Shown: in pieces, positions 18,789-28,341 of the stretch | How the letters are laid out: each line of letters begins with the position of its first letter | Numbering within the stretch: position 1 is the first letter of the stretch | Origin: a virus | Lineage: Duplodnaviria > Caudoviricetes | DNA length: 64,000 nt | Virus record (IMG/VR): IMGVR_UViG_3300025389_001023 | Span: 32,001-96,000 of that record | Direction: 5' to 3' (one strand) | The notes under the pieces: generated by a model | The model's input: the letters and a program-made list of their open reading frames with translations, nothing else | Told to the model about the DNA's origin: nothing | Database searches by the model: none | Translations under genes and position numbers: made by a program

Positions 18789-19018
18789 AGTTGAAATTTT
18801 TTCAAATAGTCTTTAGCCATATCGTAATTATCCATAGCATCATCTATTAGTGTTAATACTAATAAATTTTTTAACTGTTCAGCCATTTGTGCCTCTTCAA
18901 GTGTAATGCTATCAAGCCAATCTTGATAATCTTGGTATGTTTCAATACTCCACATCATGTCAAGCATTTGAACCTGTTCGGGTGTAAGGCCATGGATTTC
19001 AATATCTCGTTCACTCAT
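18785..19018 (-). CDS. Hypothetical protein
   Basis: Likely start MSERDIE, coupled to the rnh stop. Confidence 0.55.
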   Translation of the reverse strand: MSERDIEIHGLTPEQVQMLDMMWSIETYQDYQDWLDSITLEEAQMAEQLKNLLVLTLIDDAMDNYDMAKDYLKKFQL

Positions 19019-20013
19019 ACTAATTCTCCTACATAAGGATTGTTTAACCATTTTGCGTAGGTCTCTGCCTGTTCGCTAATTTTTGATAACTCATACTTGC
19101 CACAGAAACGCATGAAGTGTACGCCCACTTGCGGAGTAACAGTAGTACGTACTGTTTCACGAATGCGTTGGTCAACTGCATCCTTAATATCTTGTGGTTG
19201 TGCAGTTAAGTCAATAAGTGTACGATTGCGTTCGTAGTCCTCACGCACACGATGCTCAACACCATCATGGTCTACCCAACGTTGCAACATCATGTTATTC
19301 CAATTAAAGCCCTGTTTGTTGCGATCCTCGTAAGCCTCGACCAATCCAACTTTGTTTTTGCTACCTTTAGTACGCACACCTGGATATGCACTAAACACGT
19401 TGTCACTTGCATCACCACGCATACATTTTTCAAATAAATGAAATTTGGGATCACCCAACAGTTTAGCTTCTTTTGTTTTCTTGTCTACAATCAATTTACC
19501 TTTTTCGTCATGATAGCCCTCAAGAGTAATAAATTGATTTGTTATACCATTATATTGAAAAACATGTTGGTCAATTAATTGGATGTAATCCGTGTCGCTA
19601 CTGATGATGTAGTGTTGGTCCTCAGGATGCAAATGGATGAAACGTGCAATTAAATCATCAGCCTCAGCACGTTCGTGACGTAATACACTTACGTTGGTCT
19701 TTTCCTTAAGGAACGTAGTGAATAATTCATACGTTTCCCAAAACATTTTGTTTTCCTCAACCTCAGCCTCTGTTTGCTGAGTGGCGTCTACAATACGATT
19801 TTTCTTGTAAGGACCATAATAGTCTTTGCGCCATGAACGACCTTCTAAACAGAATACAACATGGCCAATCCCAAACTTGCGTACAACTTGATTTACACTT
19901 GCAAGTGTTAAGTGTAGTGCCATACCGATCTTTTCTTCTGTTGTACTATTGCGACTTGCAATGTGACGGGCACGGAAGAATGTGTTAGCTGTGTCAATGA
20001 GTGCGTATTTCAT
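19015..20013 (-). CDS. rnh: T4 RNase H-like 5'-3' exonuclease (FEN/PIN fold)
   Basis: LIDTAN, YKKNR, EADDLIA, SSDTDY, GDASDN. Confidence 0.9.
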   Translation of the reverse strand: MKYALIDTANTFFRARHIASRNSTTEEKIGMALHLTLASVNQVVRKFGIGHVVFCLEGRSWRKDYYGPYKKNRIVDATQQTEAEVEENKMFWETYELFTTFLKEKTNVSVLRHERAEADDLIARFIHLHPEDQHYIISSDTDYIQLIDQHVFQYNGITNQFITLEGYHDEKGKLIVDKKTKEAKLLGDPKFHLFEKCMRGDASDNVFSAYPGVRTKGSKNKVGLVEAYEDRNKQGFNWNNMMLQRWVDHDGVEHRVREDYERNRTLIDLTAQPQDIKDAVDQRIRETVRTTVTPQVGVHFMRFCGKYELSKISEQAETYAKWLNNPYVGELV

Positions 20014-20039
20014 TTATAACCTTAAGATAATATACGTAT

Positions 20040-20068
20040 ATTATACGCAAAGTTTGAATTGTTGTCAA
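20040..20068 (-). promoter_or_regulatory. Consensus sigma70 promoter for rnh
   Basis: TTGACA-N17-TATAAT. Confidence 0.85.
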
Positions 20069-20074
20069 TAAACA

Positions 20075-20563
20075 TTAGATTTTTTGGGTTACTTCATCAA
20101 ATGAGCATAGATATTTTGTTAATTTACCCGAAATATTTCCGTTCTTTTCACGTATTGTAAATTTAAGTGCATCACTACCTATTGCATATTGTTGATAGGC
20201 CTCATAAGGTATAAGCAAAAACCACACGTGATGGTGAGTGTCCCCGGGCAAACACAAACATACTCGTAATGGTCCTATTTTAGTTCTAATATTACCTACA
20301 GAAACTTCGTACACATTATCTTTTCTTTTATAGAAGGTTCCCCATTTGGCATCGGAACCATCCAAAAAATCTCTACCAACAGCATTTTTGGTTAATAGTT
20401 TGGTATGGCTACTCATTGCTTTTTGTAGAACTTCTTCCCAAAAATGCCCCTTGTTAATATTGGCACTACTTTTGTACATTTGTTCCATTATATAATTTCT
20501 AGTAGCATATGGTTTATCACCATGAAGATAATCTACTAATTGATGCAAAAAATTAATTTTCAT
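20075..20563 (-). CDS. Hypothetical protein, possible PD-(D/E)xK nuclease
   Basis: E...RDFLDGSDAK pattern. Confidence 0.35.
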   Translation of the reverse strand: MKINFLHQLVDYLHGDKPYATRNYIMEQMYKSSANINKGHFWEEVLQKAMSSHTKLLTKNAVGRDFLDGSDAKWGTFYKRKDNVYEVSVGNIRTKIGPLRVCLCLPGDTHHHVWFLLIPYEAYQQYAIGSDALKFTIREKNGNISGKLTKYLCSFDEVTQKI

Positions 20564-20611
20564 AAAACCTTTCTGATTAAAACCTGTATTCTACGTAGAA
20601 GTTAATTAATG

Positions 20612-21043
20612 TCAACTAATTTCAGTACGCCCGTTACCCAAATCTTTTTGTCTTACTACACGCATGTCTGTTGGCATTACACGATTCTCTGGATCAGCTT
20701 GTTGTTGTTCATACATCTCTAGCGCAATATTTCTGCACACAGTTTGGAACCAGCGGTCCACAATCATAGCATCAGTATCATCCTCACGAATCTTGTATCC
20801 TGCACGAATTAAGTTTAATACAAACTTATCATTCCAATCTAATTCAAATGCACCACTATTAATATCATACGGGTCAATCTCCATCTTTAATACATTAACA
20901 TAAGGTTGATTGTTTTTCTCAGCTAATTCTTTTTCGCTAGGTGATGTATCCTTAGGTGCACGTGGTTTGCGTGGTTTCTTAACCTTTGGTTCTTCTACCT
21001 TAACAGGTTCTGGTTTCTTTTTGAATATATCAAATAATCCCAT
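20612..21043 (-). CDS. Hypothetical protein
   Basis: GAFELDWND...IVDRWFQTVCRN; likely start MGLFD. Confidence 0.65.
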   Translation of the reverse strand: MGLFDIFKKKPEPVKVEEPKVKKPRKPRAPKDTSPSEKELAEKNNQPYVNVLKMEIDPYDINSGAFELDWNDKFVLNLIRAGYKIREDDTDAMIVDRWFQTVCRNIALEMYEQQQADPENRVMPTDMRVVRQKDLGNGRTEIS

Positions 21044-22070
21044 GTGTCTTTGCCTTTTCATATAATTTAAAACTTGCAAGATTTTTAGCCTTGCTTTCGC
21101 ACATTATATCAGCCCATTCATAATGTGTCAATGCCCAATCATTTACTGCATCATTCCAGTAATAGTCACTATGGGCACGTAATTTTTGTTTGTTGTGACC
21201 ACTCTCAATCAAGGGTGCAAGAGCGGGGCGTCCATGTTTGGTATGCTCAGTAAGTACATCTTCACGGCTGACGGAGTAATGTATAGTAGGACGCAGACCG
21301 CGCCAGCTATCAATAATTTTTTTAATACGGCTATCGTTGCTTTCAATATATTCTCCAGTTTTAATCCAGTGATGATGTATGTCTAAGACCAAAGCGAGAT
21401 CCTTTGCGAGTTCCAGGGTGCTGTCAAGTCCCCATGACATTTCTTCGTTTTCGATTGTGATTGTGTTTCTTGCTTCGGGGGTAAGGCGTTTGAGGGCAGA
21501 GCGGATACCTTCGGGACCGGCTCGACCCGATATGTGTACATTGATTTTAATGTCTTGAAATTGTTTACCGTACCCCATCCAACGTGCCATATCGACATGA
21601 TATTCAAACTCCTCTATACTCTTATTTACTACCTCAGGACGGTCACTTGCTAAAACAACAAATTGGTCAGGGTGAAAACTTAGTTTAACATCATTGGCAC
21701 GTGCAGTTTCACCAATTGGTGCCATCCAACGCTCTAAACTGTTTTGTACATCGGTAGATTTCCAAAAGTCACGATAGTCTTCATGTGTATAAAAACTAAA
21801 CATATCACTTGTAAGACGAACCATGCGTAGTTCAGGAGCTAGTGTTGCTACCTTTTTAACAAGATTATGTGTGTTCATAATATTGCTTTTTGCAACATCT
21901 AAGATTTTTTGCTCTACAATATCACGTTTGTTACGCTTTGCCCATGCAAGAGTCGTGCCACCTGTGTTGAGTCCGTCAACACTGGCTATCTCGCCCTTCT
22001 TATTAATCTCTGCCCATTTACATGCAAAGCCGATACGTTTGATAGATTGATTTGTCAAGATAATGTCCAA
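21030..22070 (-). CDS. uvsE: UV DNA damage endonuclease (UvsE/UVDE)
   Basis: RIGFAC, SFHPDQF, IENEE, LDIHHH, AHSDY, MCESKAK. Confidence 0.92.
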   Translation of the reverse strand: MDIILTNQSIKRIGFACKWAEINKKGEIASVDGLNTGGTTLAWAKRNKRDIVEQKILDVAKSNIMNTHNLVKKVATLAPELRMVRLTSDMFSFYTHEDYRDFWKSTDVQNSLERWMAPIGETARANDVKLSFHPDQFVVLASDRPEVVNKSIEEFEYHVDMARWMGYGKQFQDIKINVHISGRAGPEGIRSALKRLTPEARNTITIENEEMSWGLDSTLELAKDLALVLDIHHHWIKTGEYIESNDSRIKKIIDSWRGLRPTIHYSVSREDVLTEHTKHGRPALAPLIESGHNKQKLRAHSDYYWNDAVNDWALTHYEWADIMCESKAKNLASFKLYEKAKTHGII

Positions 22071-22089
22071 AGTGATAAATAATATACAT

Positions 22090-22118
22090 ATAGTAACACA
22101 TACGGCTTTTTAAGTCAA
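22090..22118 (-). promoter_or_regulatory. Sigma70-type promoter for uvsE, overlapping a divergent late-type promoter (GATAAATA at about 22073, + strand)
   Basis: TTGACT-N17-TACTAT. Confidence 0.6.
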
Positions 22119-22133
22119 TAAAAAAGGAACAAC

Positions 22134-23408
22134 ATGAAATTTATAGAATTATTTGAGGGTGCAACGCCCAAATTACCAGGCGCTCCTAAGGGAGTTGACA
22201 TTATGACTCCTGAGCAATTTTTAGCCAAAAGTGCGAAAGGTGAAGAACCCGGTCCTGAAGAGGATGTAGATGAGGCAACAAAACTACCTGCACCAAGTCG
22301 TGAATTTGGCGACCAAGAATTCCAAGACTATTTAAAACGTACAGTTGGTACACCTGATATTGATAAAAAGACAGGTAAGGTTAAAGTAGATAAAAAGGGT
22401 AAAGAAAAGTATGTGTCTGGTAAATTAAAAACAGACAAGTATAAACTACCATACATTCACCGTAGTAGTGCTATCAAGTATTATAGCCCTGAAGAAAAAC
22501 GCTACGACCCAGAACAAGTTAAAGATGTGCTTAAACAACGTCCTAAAAAGTTATTAAAGCAAAACGAAAAGATGAAACACAGTAACGGAGAATTAGAACA
22601 ATTCTTCAATATTGGTTTTGCCGCATTGGTAGGTGTTGCTGTAGATGAAGCTACAGATAAATTGATTATTGTTAACACATGTCCTGGTGCTGGTAGCTGT
22701 AAAATTGATTGCTTTGCAATGGGTGGTGGTAAGATTCAATATGAAGCTCCTTGGCAAAGTGATGGTAAAATATTAACATATCTATTAAACGATCCAGAAG
22801 GTTTCTTTAATCAACTAAGCGCAGAAATTGCAAAAGAAGAAAGCGATGGTAAAAAGGGTGGTTACAAGGTAAGTATTCGTTGGCACGATGCTGGTGACTT
22901 CTTTAGTCCAGAGTACATGGATTTAGCGTTCAAGTTAGCTAACAAGTTCCCTGATGTAGACTTCTATGCTTATACTAAAATGGCAGGTGCGGCATTAGGT
23001 GCTAAGCCAAAGAACTTTATTATCAACTGGAGTGAAGGTGCTCATACTAGCCAAGAGAAACAAGTTAAAGCAAAGGATCCTAACTTACAACAGACTAAGA
23101 ACAGTCGCATTGTTCCTGATGATGTATTCCAAGACTTATTGGTTAGAAATGAAAAGGGTAATTTAGAAAAAGGACCTAATGGTCAATGGCAAGTACAACC
23201 TGATAAACTACCTGAACTAAAACAACGTTTAGCAAAACAGTATAACGTTAGTGCTAATTCAATATTGAGTTATGATGAGTGGGAACAAAAAACCAATCGC
23301 GGTAAGAAAGCAACACCAGTTAAGTACAACGTTATTGTAGCACCGGGTGAGCCAGACTTATCAGCAAACTCACTAGGTGTACTAGGTACATTCTTACTAA
23401 AGCATTAA
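22134..23408 (+). CDS. Gp88-like protein (Cys cluster, radical-SAM-like) with an N-terminal extension
   Basis: TCPGAGSCKIDCFA, RWHDAGDFFS, FYAYTK. Confidence 0.7.
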   Translation: MKFIELFEGATPKLPGAPKGVDIMTPEQFLAKSAKGEEPGPEEDVDEATKLPAPSREFGDQEFQDYLKRTVGTPDIDKKTGKVKVDKKGKEKYVSGKLKTDKYKLPYIHRSSAIKYYSPEEKRYDPEQVKDVLKQRPKKLLKQNEKMKHSNGELEQFFNIGFAALVGVAVDEATDKLIIVNTCPGAGSCKIDCFAMGGGKIQYEAPWQSDGKILTYLLNDPEGFFNQLSAEIAKEESDGKKGGYKVSIRWHDAGDFFSPEYMDLAFKLANKFPDVDFYAYTKMAGAALGAKPKNFIINWSEGAHTSQEKQVKAKDPNLQQTKNSRIVPDDVFQDLLVRNEKGNLEKGPNGQWQVQPDKLPELKQRLAKQYNVSANSILSYDEWEQKTNRGKKATPVKYNVIVAPGEPDLSANSLGVLGTFLLKH

Positions 23409-24235
23409 ACTTTTAGTAACTCTTCCATAGTGTAGAGATTTCTCATATAGGGCGATACATCTTTTAATACATAATAATCGATGTCGCCCTTTCTTCTTGG
23501 GCCTACTTTTGTAAGTAAATCCTTGTTAGGAATGTTATTGACTTCTCTAAACATCTTTACAATCTCACCAACGCTATAACCTACACCATGACCCAAGCAT
23601 TCAATTTGATTTGCAGGGTTTCCGATTGCTGTACGTAATGCATCACATACTTCATTAACATGAACATAGTCACGCACACATGTGCCGTCTACTGTGTCAT
23701 AATCATTACCATTGATGGTAAAATACCCTTGTTCACGTGCCTTCATTAAGTTGTACATCAATCCATCAGGGTTAGTTGGTTGATAGCCATCACTACCAAT
23801 CACGTTATAGAATCTAAAGATTGTATATGGTGTGGGTTTATGTTGTGTATAAAACTCACGTATCACATCTTCTGCCGCACGTTTGCTTACACCATATGGA
23901 CTAACACAATGTTCTGCGGCACCTGTACTTGCAAAGATAAAGTTTTTTGTTTTAATCTTATTGATTACATTCATAGTACCATTTAAGTTAGTGATGTAGT
24001 ATGTTAATGGTTGTTTTTCACTTTCACCTACATTAACCAATCCTGCTAAATGAATGACACAATCAAATTCTTCTTCGATAGCAAATTGTTTTCTAATATC
24101 AATATGATAATGATTTTTTACTGGATGCTGTGGTGCACGAAAATCTAATCCATATACCTCACAATCACTTTCTAACATTTTAGTTAGATGACTACCAATG
24201 TAACCGCTGTTACCTGTGATTAAAACCTTTTTCAT
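23405..24235 (-). CDS. galE: NAD-dependent epimerase (UDP-glucose 4-epimerase-like)
   Basis: TGNSGYIGSH, YGVSK, DGTCVRDYVHV. Confidence 0.88.
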   Translation of the reverse strand: MKKVLITGNSGYIGSHLTKMLESDCEVYGLDFRAPQHPVKNHYHIDIRKQFAIEEEFDCVIHLAGLVNVGESEKQPLTYYITNLNGTMNVINKIKTKNFIFASTGAAEHCVSPYGVSKRAAEDVIREFYTQHKPTPYTIFRFYNVIGSDGYQPTNPDGLMYNLMKAREQGYFTINGNDYDTVDGTCVRDYVHVNEVCDALRTAIGNPANQIECLGHGVGYSVGEIVKMFREVNNIPNKDLLTKVGPRRKGDIDYYVLKDVSPYMRNLYTMEELLKV

Positions 24236-25569
24236 TATAATCCTTCAAATAGTGACAGACCAGTAGCCTCTTCCACGGGTTCAAAGCTAGGGTCTTTTGT
24301 TAAGTATGTGTTATCGTCTGTGTATATAATACGGAACTTATGTTTATTTGTCAATACACTACGGATATCATCAATACAAATTACTTTACGATTTAAACTT
24401 TTAATAAAGTTGTCAACGGTGATAGTAGTTTCTTCACAAATTTTTGCTGTATTGGTAGTAGACTGTTTACCATTAAAATCATTAAAGCAAACGTTCCATT
24501 TATGAAATACATCTTTTTCCAAACTAACTGAATGGTCCAGTGATCCTTTATTATACCAATCATTACTAGTTACAAACATATCATACGCACCTTTAACATC
24601 AGATGCCATAGATTTTTTGTTTGTCTCAAAGAAAAAATGTCCATCAAAGTTTTTAGTCCAACGTTGATTTTCTAAACAGAAAGTGGGTAGTTGTGTAATC
24701 TGCTCATAAAATGCCATACCATAGCTTTCAACTGTGCTAGGATTAAACGCAACTCTACAACTTGTAATGAAGTCTACTTTTTCTTTACCAATGATACTTT
24801 CTTTAATGATATAATCAACACCAATCTTTTTTAATCTGTCTTCAAATTTTTTAGCACCATTGCTATTGGTCATTACTCTTGCAGGTAAGTTGGTCTGTTC
24901 AATAAGTTCCAAGTATAATTCAGGATTCTTACCTTCTTCCCAACGACCGACAAACAATACACCTTCACGTGGTTTATTGTGTTCTTCTAATAATGATTGT
25001 TCTGTAATAGGAATAGGCAAATGATAAGCATTATCAAACTGTAATTGATTAAACTTGCTTTGTGTTCCTATAAACACATTGTCAGTTTGTAACTGTTGTC
25101 TCATTAATACATTGGTATTATACAAGAATGGATTTTTAGTATCTTTAAAAATCTGACTTTCCAAATGAGTATACGCAATGATTTGAATGCAGTCATCAAG
25201 CCCCATTGTACTTGCTACTTGTACAGTTTCATATGTGTTGCAAACAAATGCATCATACAAGTTATGTTCCAATGCCTCTACAATAGCATTTCGAAAGTTA
25301 GCCATACGCTCATAACAAAATGTATCTCCATACATAAAGATACTGCTATGGTCGGTATACTTTAATGATTCAACTGGGGCAATGATATTTGCTTTTAATG
25401 ATTTAACAAACTCAGTATTTTGTGGTTGTTTGTCTGTAATGATATCAACCTTGACACCATGACTATCCATAAGTTCACAAAAACTTCTAGCAAATTGACC
25501 AATACCACCATGTGGAATTAATGTTTGATAGCTAACTAAAAAACCAATGCGTTTACTGTACGTTCTCAT
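24235..25569 (-). CDS. GT-B (GT4-like) glycosyltransferase
   Basis: HGGIG, FVGRWEEGKN, PSTVESYGMAFYE. Confidence 0.85.
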   Translation of the reverse strand: MRTYSKRIGFLVSYQTLIPHGGIGQFARSFCELMDSHGVKVDIITDKQPQNTEFVKSLKANIIAPVESLKYTDHSSIFMYGDTFCYERMANFRNAIVEALEHNLYDAFVCNTYETVQVASTMGLDDCIQIIAYTHLESQIFKDTKNPFLYNTNVLMRQQLQTDNVFIGTQSKFNQLQFDNAYHLPIPITEQSLLEEHNKPREGVLFVGRWEEGKNPELYLELIEQTNLPARVMTNSNGAKKFEDRLKKIGVDYIIKESIIGKEKVDFITSCRVAFNPSTVESYGMAFYEQITQLPTFCLENQRWTKNFDGHFFFETNKKSMASDVKGAYDMFVTSNDWYNKGSLDHSVSLEKDVFHKWNVCFNDFNGKQSTTNTAKICEETTITVDNFIKSLNRKVICIDDIRSVLTNKHKFRIIYTDDNTYLTKDPSFEPVEEATGLSLFEGL

Positions 25570-25570
25570 T

Positions 25571-25831
25571 TTAATTATATTTTATATTAAACTTATCTTT
25601 AATGCTTTTTACACAACGTTGTTTGGTTCCTTCAATCATGCTTTTATCATAGGTTGTGTATGTTAACTCTGTTACCAGTGTTTCATTTATAGCATCAATA
25701 CATTCTTTGATAAGCAATTCTGCAAAATCTTGTAATTTTTTATCACTAACATCTTCGCCATAAAAATCACCGTCATCAGCTACACCATAAAAGCCTGCTC
25801 GTTCACCTAATTGTTTAATTTTTTCATTCAT
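25571..25831 (-). CDS. Dispersed 'MNE...FAELLIKEC' paralog
   Basis: MNEKIKQLGERAG...DFAELLIKEC. Confidence 0.6.
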   Translation of the reverse strand: MNEKIKQLGERAGFYGVADDGDFYGEDVSDKKLQDFAELLIKECIDAINETLVTELTYTTYDKSMIEGTKQRCVKSIKDKFNIKYN

Positions 25832-26073
25832 TTTTTTAATTTCCATATAATATGTTCAAGTTTATCATGCCATCTATGCTCAAACAAAGGTTCAGTAAGA
25901 CCTGTATACAATGCAGTAACTTGGTAACCATACTTTAACCAAATGCGCTTACCAGATATGTCACATGTTTTTGGTAACCACGCAAATTTTAATTGAGCAC
26001 CTATATACTTATTATAAAATAAATCATCAAATGAAGCCGTTTGGTAATTAGCACCCATCATTATGTTCCCCAC
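25828..26073 (-). CDS. Hypothetical protein
   Basis: FAWLP..C...IWLK motif. Confidence 0.55.
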   Translation of the reverse strand: MGNIMMGANYQTASFDDLFYNKYIGAQLKFAWLPKTCDISGKRIWLKYGYQVTALYTGLTEPLFEHRWHDKLEHIIWKLKK

Positions 26074-26933
26074 TCATTCTTAAAGAGTGGTACTTGTAAT
26101 CTGTCACTATAACGCCAGCCTCGCTTCATTGCGGCAAGGGCAACAGACTTAGCATTGAGATTATAAACAGACTCAACACCACCAACAGGCATAAGGTATA
26201 CGTGACCCCTAAAACCCGACGCTCTAAATTGTTCAACTGCTTGTTCTGCATCTTTAACATCCTCTTCTGTCGCTACTACAAATTTCAAATATACGGTTCC
26301 AACTGTTTGATAATCACAAACAACTTTAGGCTTGATAGCATCTTCCCAACTTTCACCACTACCTGGTAATTTAGCACTAACACTAAATGTAATTTCTTTG
26401 TTATGTAATCTATTCAATGCAGGCTGATGCATTTCTAACCATTTAGTCTGTAAGTAGTGTTTGAATTCTGCTGTAAGTTCCTGTGTACCATTTGTCTCAA
26501 AAGTAATTTCTTTTAACTTTTGCATTTTAGGATGATTCAACAAGTCAGGATACGCACGTTGCCAGCCCAACAATGGCTCACCACCTGTGATAACTAAATG
26601 TTCTTCTTTCCACTTATTGTGTGGAAGTATCTCCATAATACGTGACACAATAGCATCACTTTCTAATACAGGACTTAAATCCTTAAAGTCAGGATGCCAA
26701 CTTGCATAACTATCACACCCTGTACTAACTAGTGGCAGTTCTTCATACTTGTTATATAAATGTGCAACTGTTGCAATATCGTTAGCCTCTGCGCTTAGTT
26801 GTCCCCTAGGCATACCGAATCCGGCACACTTAAAGTTACAACCAAACGTGCGTAAAAAGACTGAAGGTACTCCCATGTACCTTCCTTCACCTTGAATACT
26901 ATAAAATAGTTCGGCTACTTTAATTTTACTCAT
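26061..26933 (-). CDS. queE: 7-carboxy-7-deazaguanine synthase (radical SAM)
   Basis: ELFYSIQGEG, FLRTFGCNFKC...CDS, ITGGEPLL, ETNGT. Confidence 0.93.
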   Translation of the reverse strand: MSKIKVAELFYSIQGEGRYMGVPSVFLRTFGCNFKCAGFGMPRGQLSAEANDIATVAHLYNKYEELPLVSTGCDSYASWHPDFKDLSPVLESDAIVSRIMEILPHNKWKEEHLVITGGEPLLGWQRAYPDLLNHPKMQKLKEITFETNGTQELTAEFKHYLQTKWLEMHQPALNRLHNKEITFSVSAKLPGSGESWEDAIKPKVVCDYQTVGTVYLKFVVATEEDVKDAEQAVEQFRASGFRGHVYLMPVGGVESVYNLNAKSVALAAMKRGWRYSDRLQVPLFKNEWGT

Positions 26934-27162
26934 CTTCATCTTTCTCTAAAAATTGAGTTACCTGATCTTCTGCATCTTGTAAAAATTCTGCGTATACTTC
27001 AAAAGTAGCAATGCCATTTTTACATTTGATGTTAAATGGTATAGTACCGTTTGGTAACCAACCGGGACCTACCTCACGTTTAATTTCAAAACGTTGTAGG
27101 CTTTTTACCTTAACCATTGTTTCGTTAAATATTTGTTCTGCTGTTTTCATCATTGATTCCAA
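26926..27162 (-). CDS. Hypothetical protein
   Basis: Coupled ORF. Confidence 0.55.
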   Translation of the reverse strand: MESMMKTAEQIFNETMVKVKSLQRFEIKREVGPGWLPNGTIPFNIKCKNGIATFEVYAEFLQDAEDQVTQFLEKDEDE

Positions 27163-27356
27163 TGTCTAATAACACCTGCTATAATAAAGCAATTTGTTGT
27201 GATATATGATAACACAATAATGGTACGAATACAAGCAATACGGTCTGATTCTTTATCCGTACTGCCTGCTTTTTCGCCCAGTGCTTTGGCCCAAATTCGC
27301 CAAATATATTTAGCCTTCGTAAGTAGCAGAATTAGCCCCGTGTTCAAATACTTCAA
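27150..27356 (-). CDS. Small membrane protein (start uncertain)
   Basis: WRIWAKALGEK...IIAGVIRHW. Confidence 0.5.
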   Translation of the reverse strand: MKYLNTGLILLLTKAKYIWRIWAKALGEKAGSTDKESDRIACIRTIIVLSYITTNCFIIAGVIRHWNQ

Positions 27357-27837
27357 CTGATTTTATCCTTACTGTTGGATTAATTGGATAACGCATATTG
27401 CCATTTACTAGTAAGTCTGCCATTTTATCGTATGCCATTTTAGCAAACATTTCACATCCTACAGCAGGAACAATACGTAAATCACACAACGCACCGCGCT
27501 CATGTGGTTTTAATTTATCCCACTCAGGAAGTGTGCCACTACCCGGGATATTACCTTTGTTGTTCATGATTTTGAAAAAGTCTAGATGAGGATCATCTTC
27601 TGCAACAATCAATGTATGGTCAAACATATAATCTGCCCATGCTTTGAATTCTTTAAGTCCTCCAAAGTCCATACACCAGTTTTTGTCATCTAGTGTGTCG
27701 CACTCAAAAATTAATTTGATGCCTATCGAGTAACCATGCAATGTTGAGCAATGGCTATGTGTAGCACGCCATTGTCTAAAACAGCAAGATAACCCTCTAT
27801 CATTACCGTAAGTTTTTGTTGAATAAAATTTTGCCAT
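27310..27837 (-). CDS. queD: 6-carboxy-5,6,7,8-tetrahydropterin synthase
   Basis: HCSTLHGYS, MDFGGLK, FDH, VEVFEH (T-fold). Confidence 0.9.
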   Translation of the reverse strand: MAKFYSTKTYGNDRGLSCCFRQWRATHSHCSTLHGYSIGIKLIFECDTLDDKNWCMDFGGLKEFKAWADYMFDHTLIVAEDDPHLDFFKIMNNKGNIPGSGTLPEWDKLKPHERGALCDLRIVPAVGCEMFAKMAYDKMADLLVNGNMRYPINPTVRIKSVEVFEHGANSATYEG

Positions 27838-27910
27838 ACATTTCTCCTATGTTAATTGTAGCATAGGCAGCAGAATTTGTAAAGCGGGAATGATGCCAAA
27901 AGACCGCTAT
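27838..27910 (-). promoter_or_regulatory. Candidate cis-regulatory RNA (pseudoknot plus RBS-sequestering hairpin) in the queD leader
   Basis: AGCGG/CCGCU stem; loop GGCA pairs with downstream UGCC; CCUAUG/CAUAGG hairpin covers the RBS. Confidence 0.5.
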
Positions 27911-27912
27911 AG

Positions 27913-28341
27913 TTATTTACCTTTTTTTAAAAGTTCTTGTGCAATAACTTTTGCCCATTTTTCACAATCTTGTTCGGTAACATGAAAATCGTATTTATAT
28001 GGTGGTACAAACATTTTATTGGTATCTTCAAATCTACCTTTATTAATTGTATCTACCCAAATAGTAATATCGGCATTAAAAATTTCACGCATTTCAGGTA
28101 ATGGGCAAACAAAATCAACAATAGCAAAGTCTGATTCTAATATATCTGCCTCATTGCGTAGGCGGTTGGCTTGTCTAATACGACCTTCAATACTAAAATC
28201 CCAATCATTATATTTTTCTCTAATACGGTCTGCATTGATCCAAACACATTTAGATTGTGGATATAATTGATTGTATAATGAGTCTGCTAGTTTTGTTTTA
28301 CCGGCACCAGGTAAACCCATAATTAATATTCGTTGTGTCAT
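27913..28341 (-). CDS. cysC: Adenylylsulfate (APS) kinase-like P-loop kinase
   Basis: GLPGAGKT, NAD.IR, DWDFS.EGR.RQ, FVCP. Confidence 0.7.
   Translation of the reverse strand: MTQRILIMGLPGAGKTKLADSLYNQLYPQSKCVWINADRIREKYNDWDFSIEGRIRQANRLRNEADILESDFAIVDFVCPLPEMREIFNADITIWVDTINKGRFEDTNKMFVPPYKYDFHVTEQDCEKWAKVIAQELLKKGK

Noticed and set aside
27838-27910. Assignment as a known preQ1-I riboswitch
   Set aside because: The topology is similar, but the loop and 3' tail do not match the consensus as I recall it, so it is reported only as a candidate.
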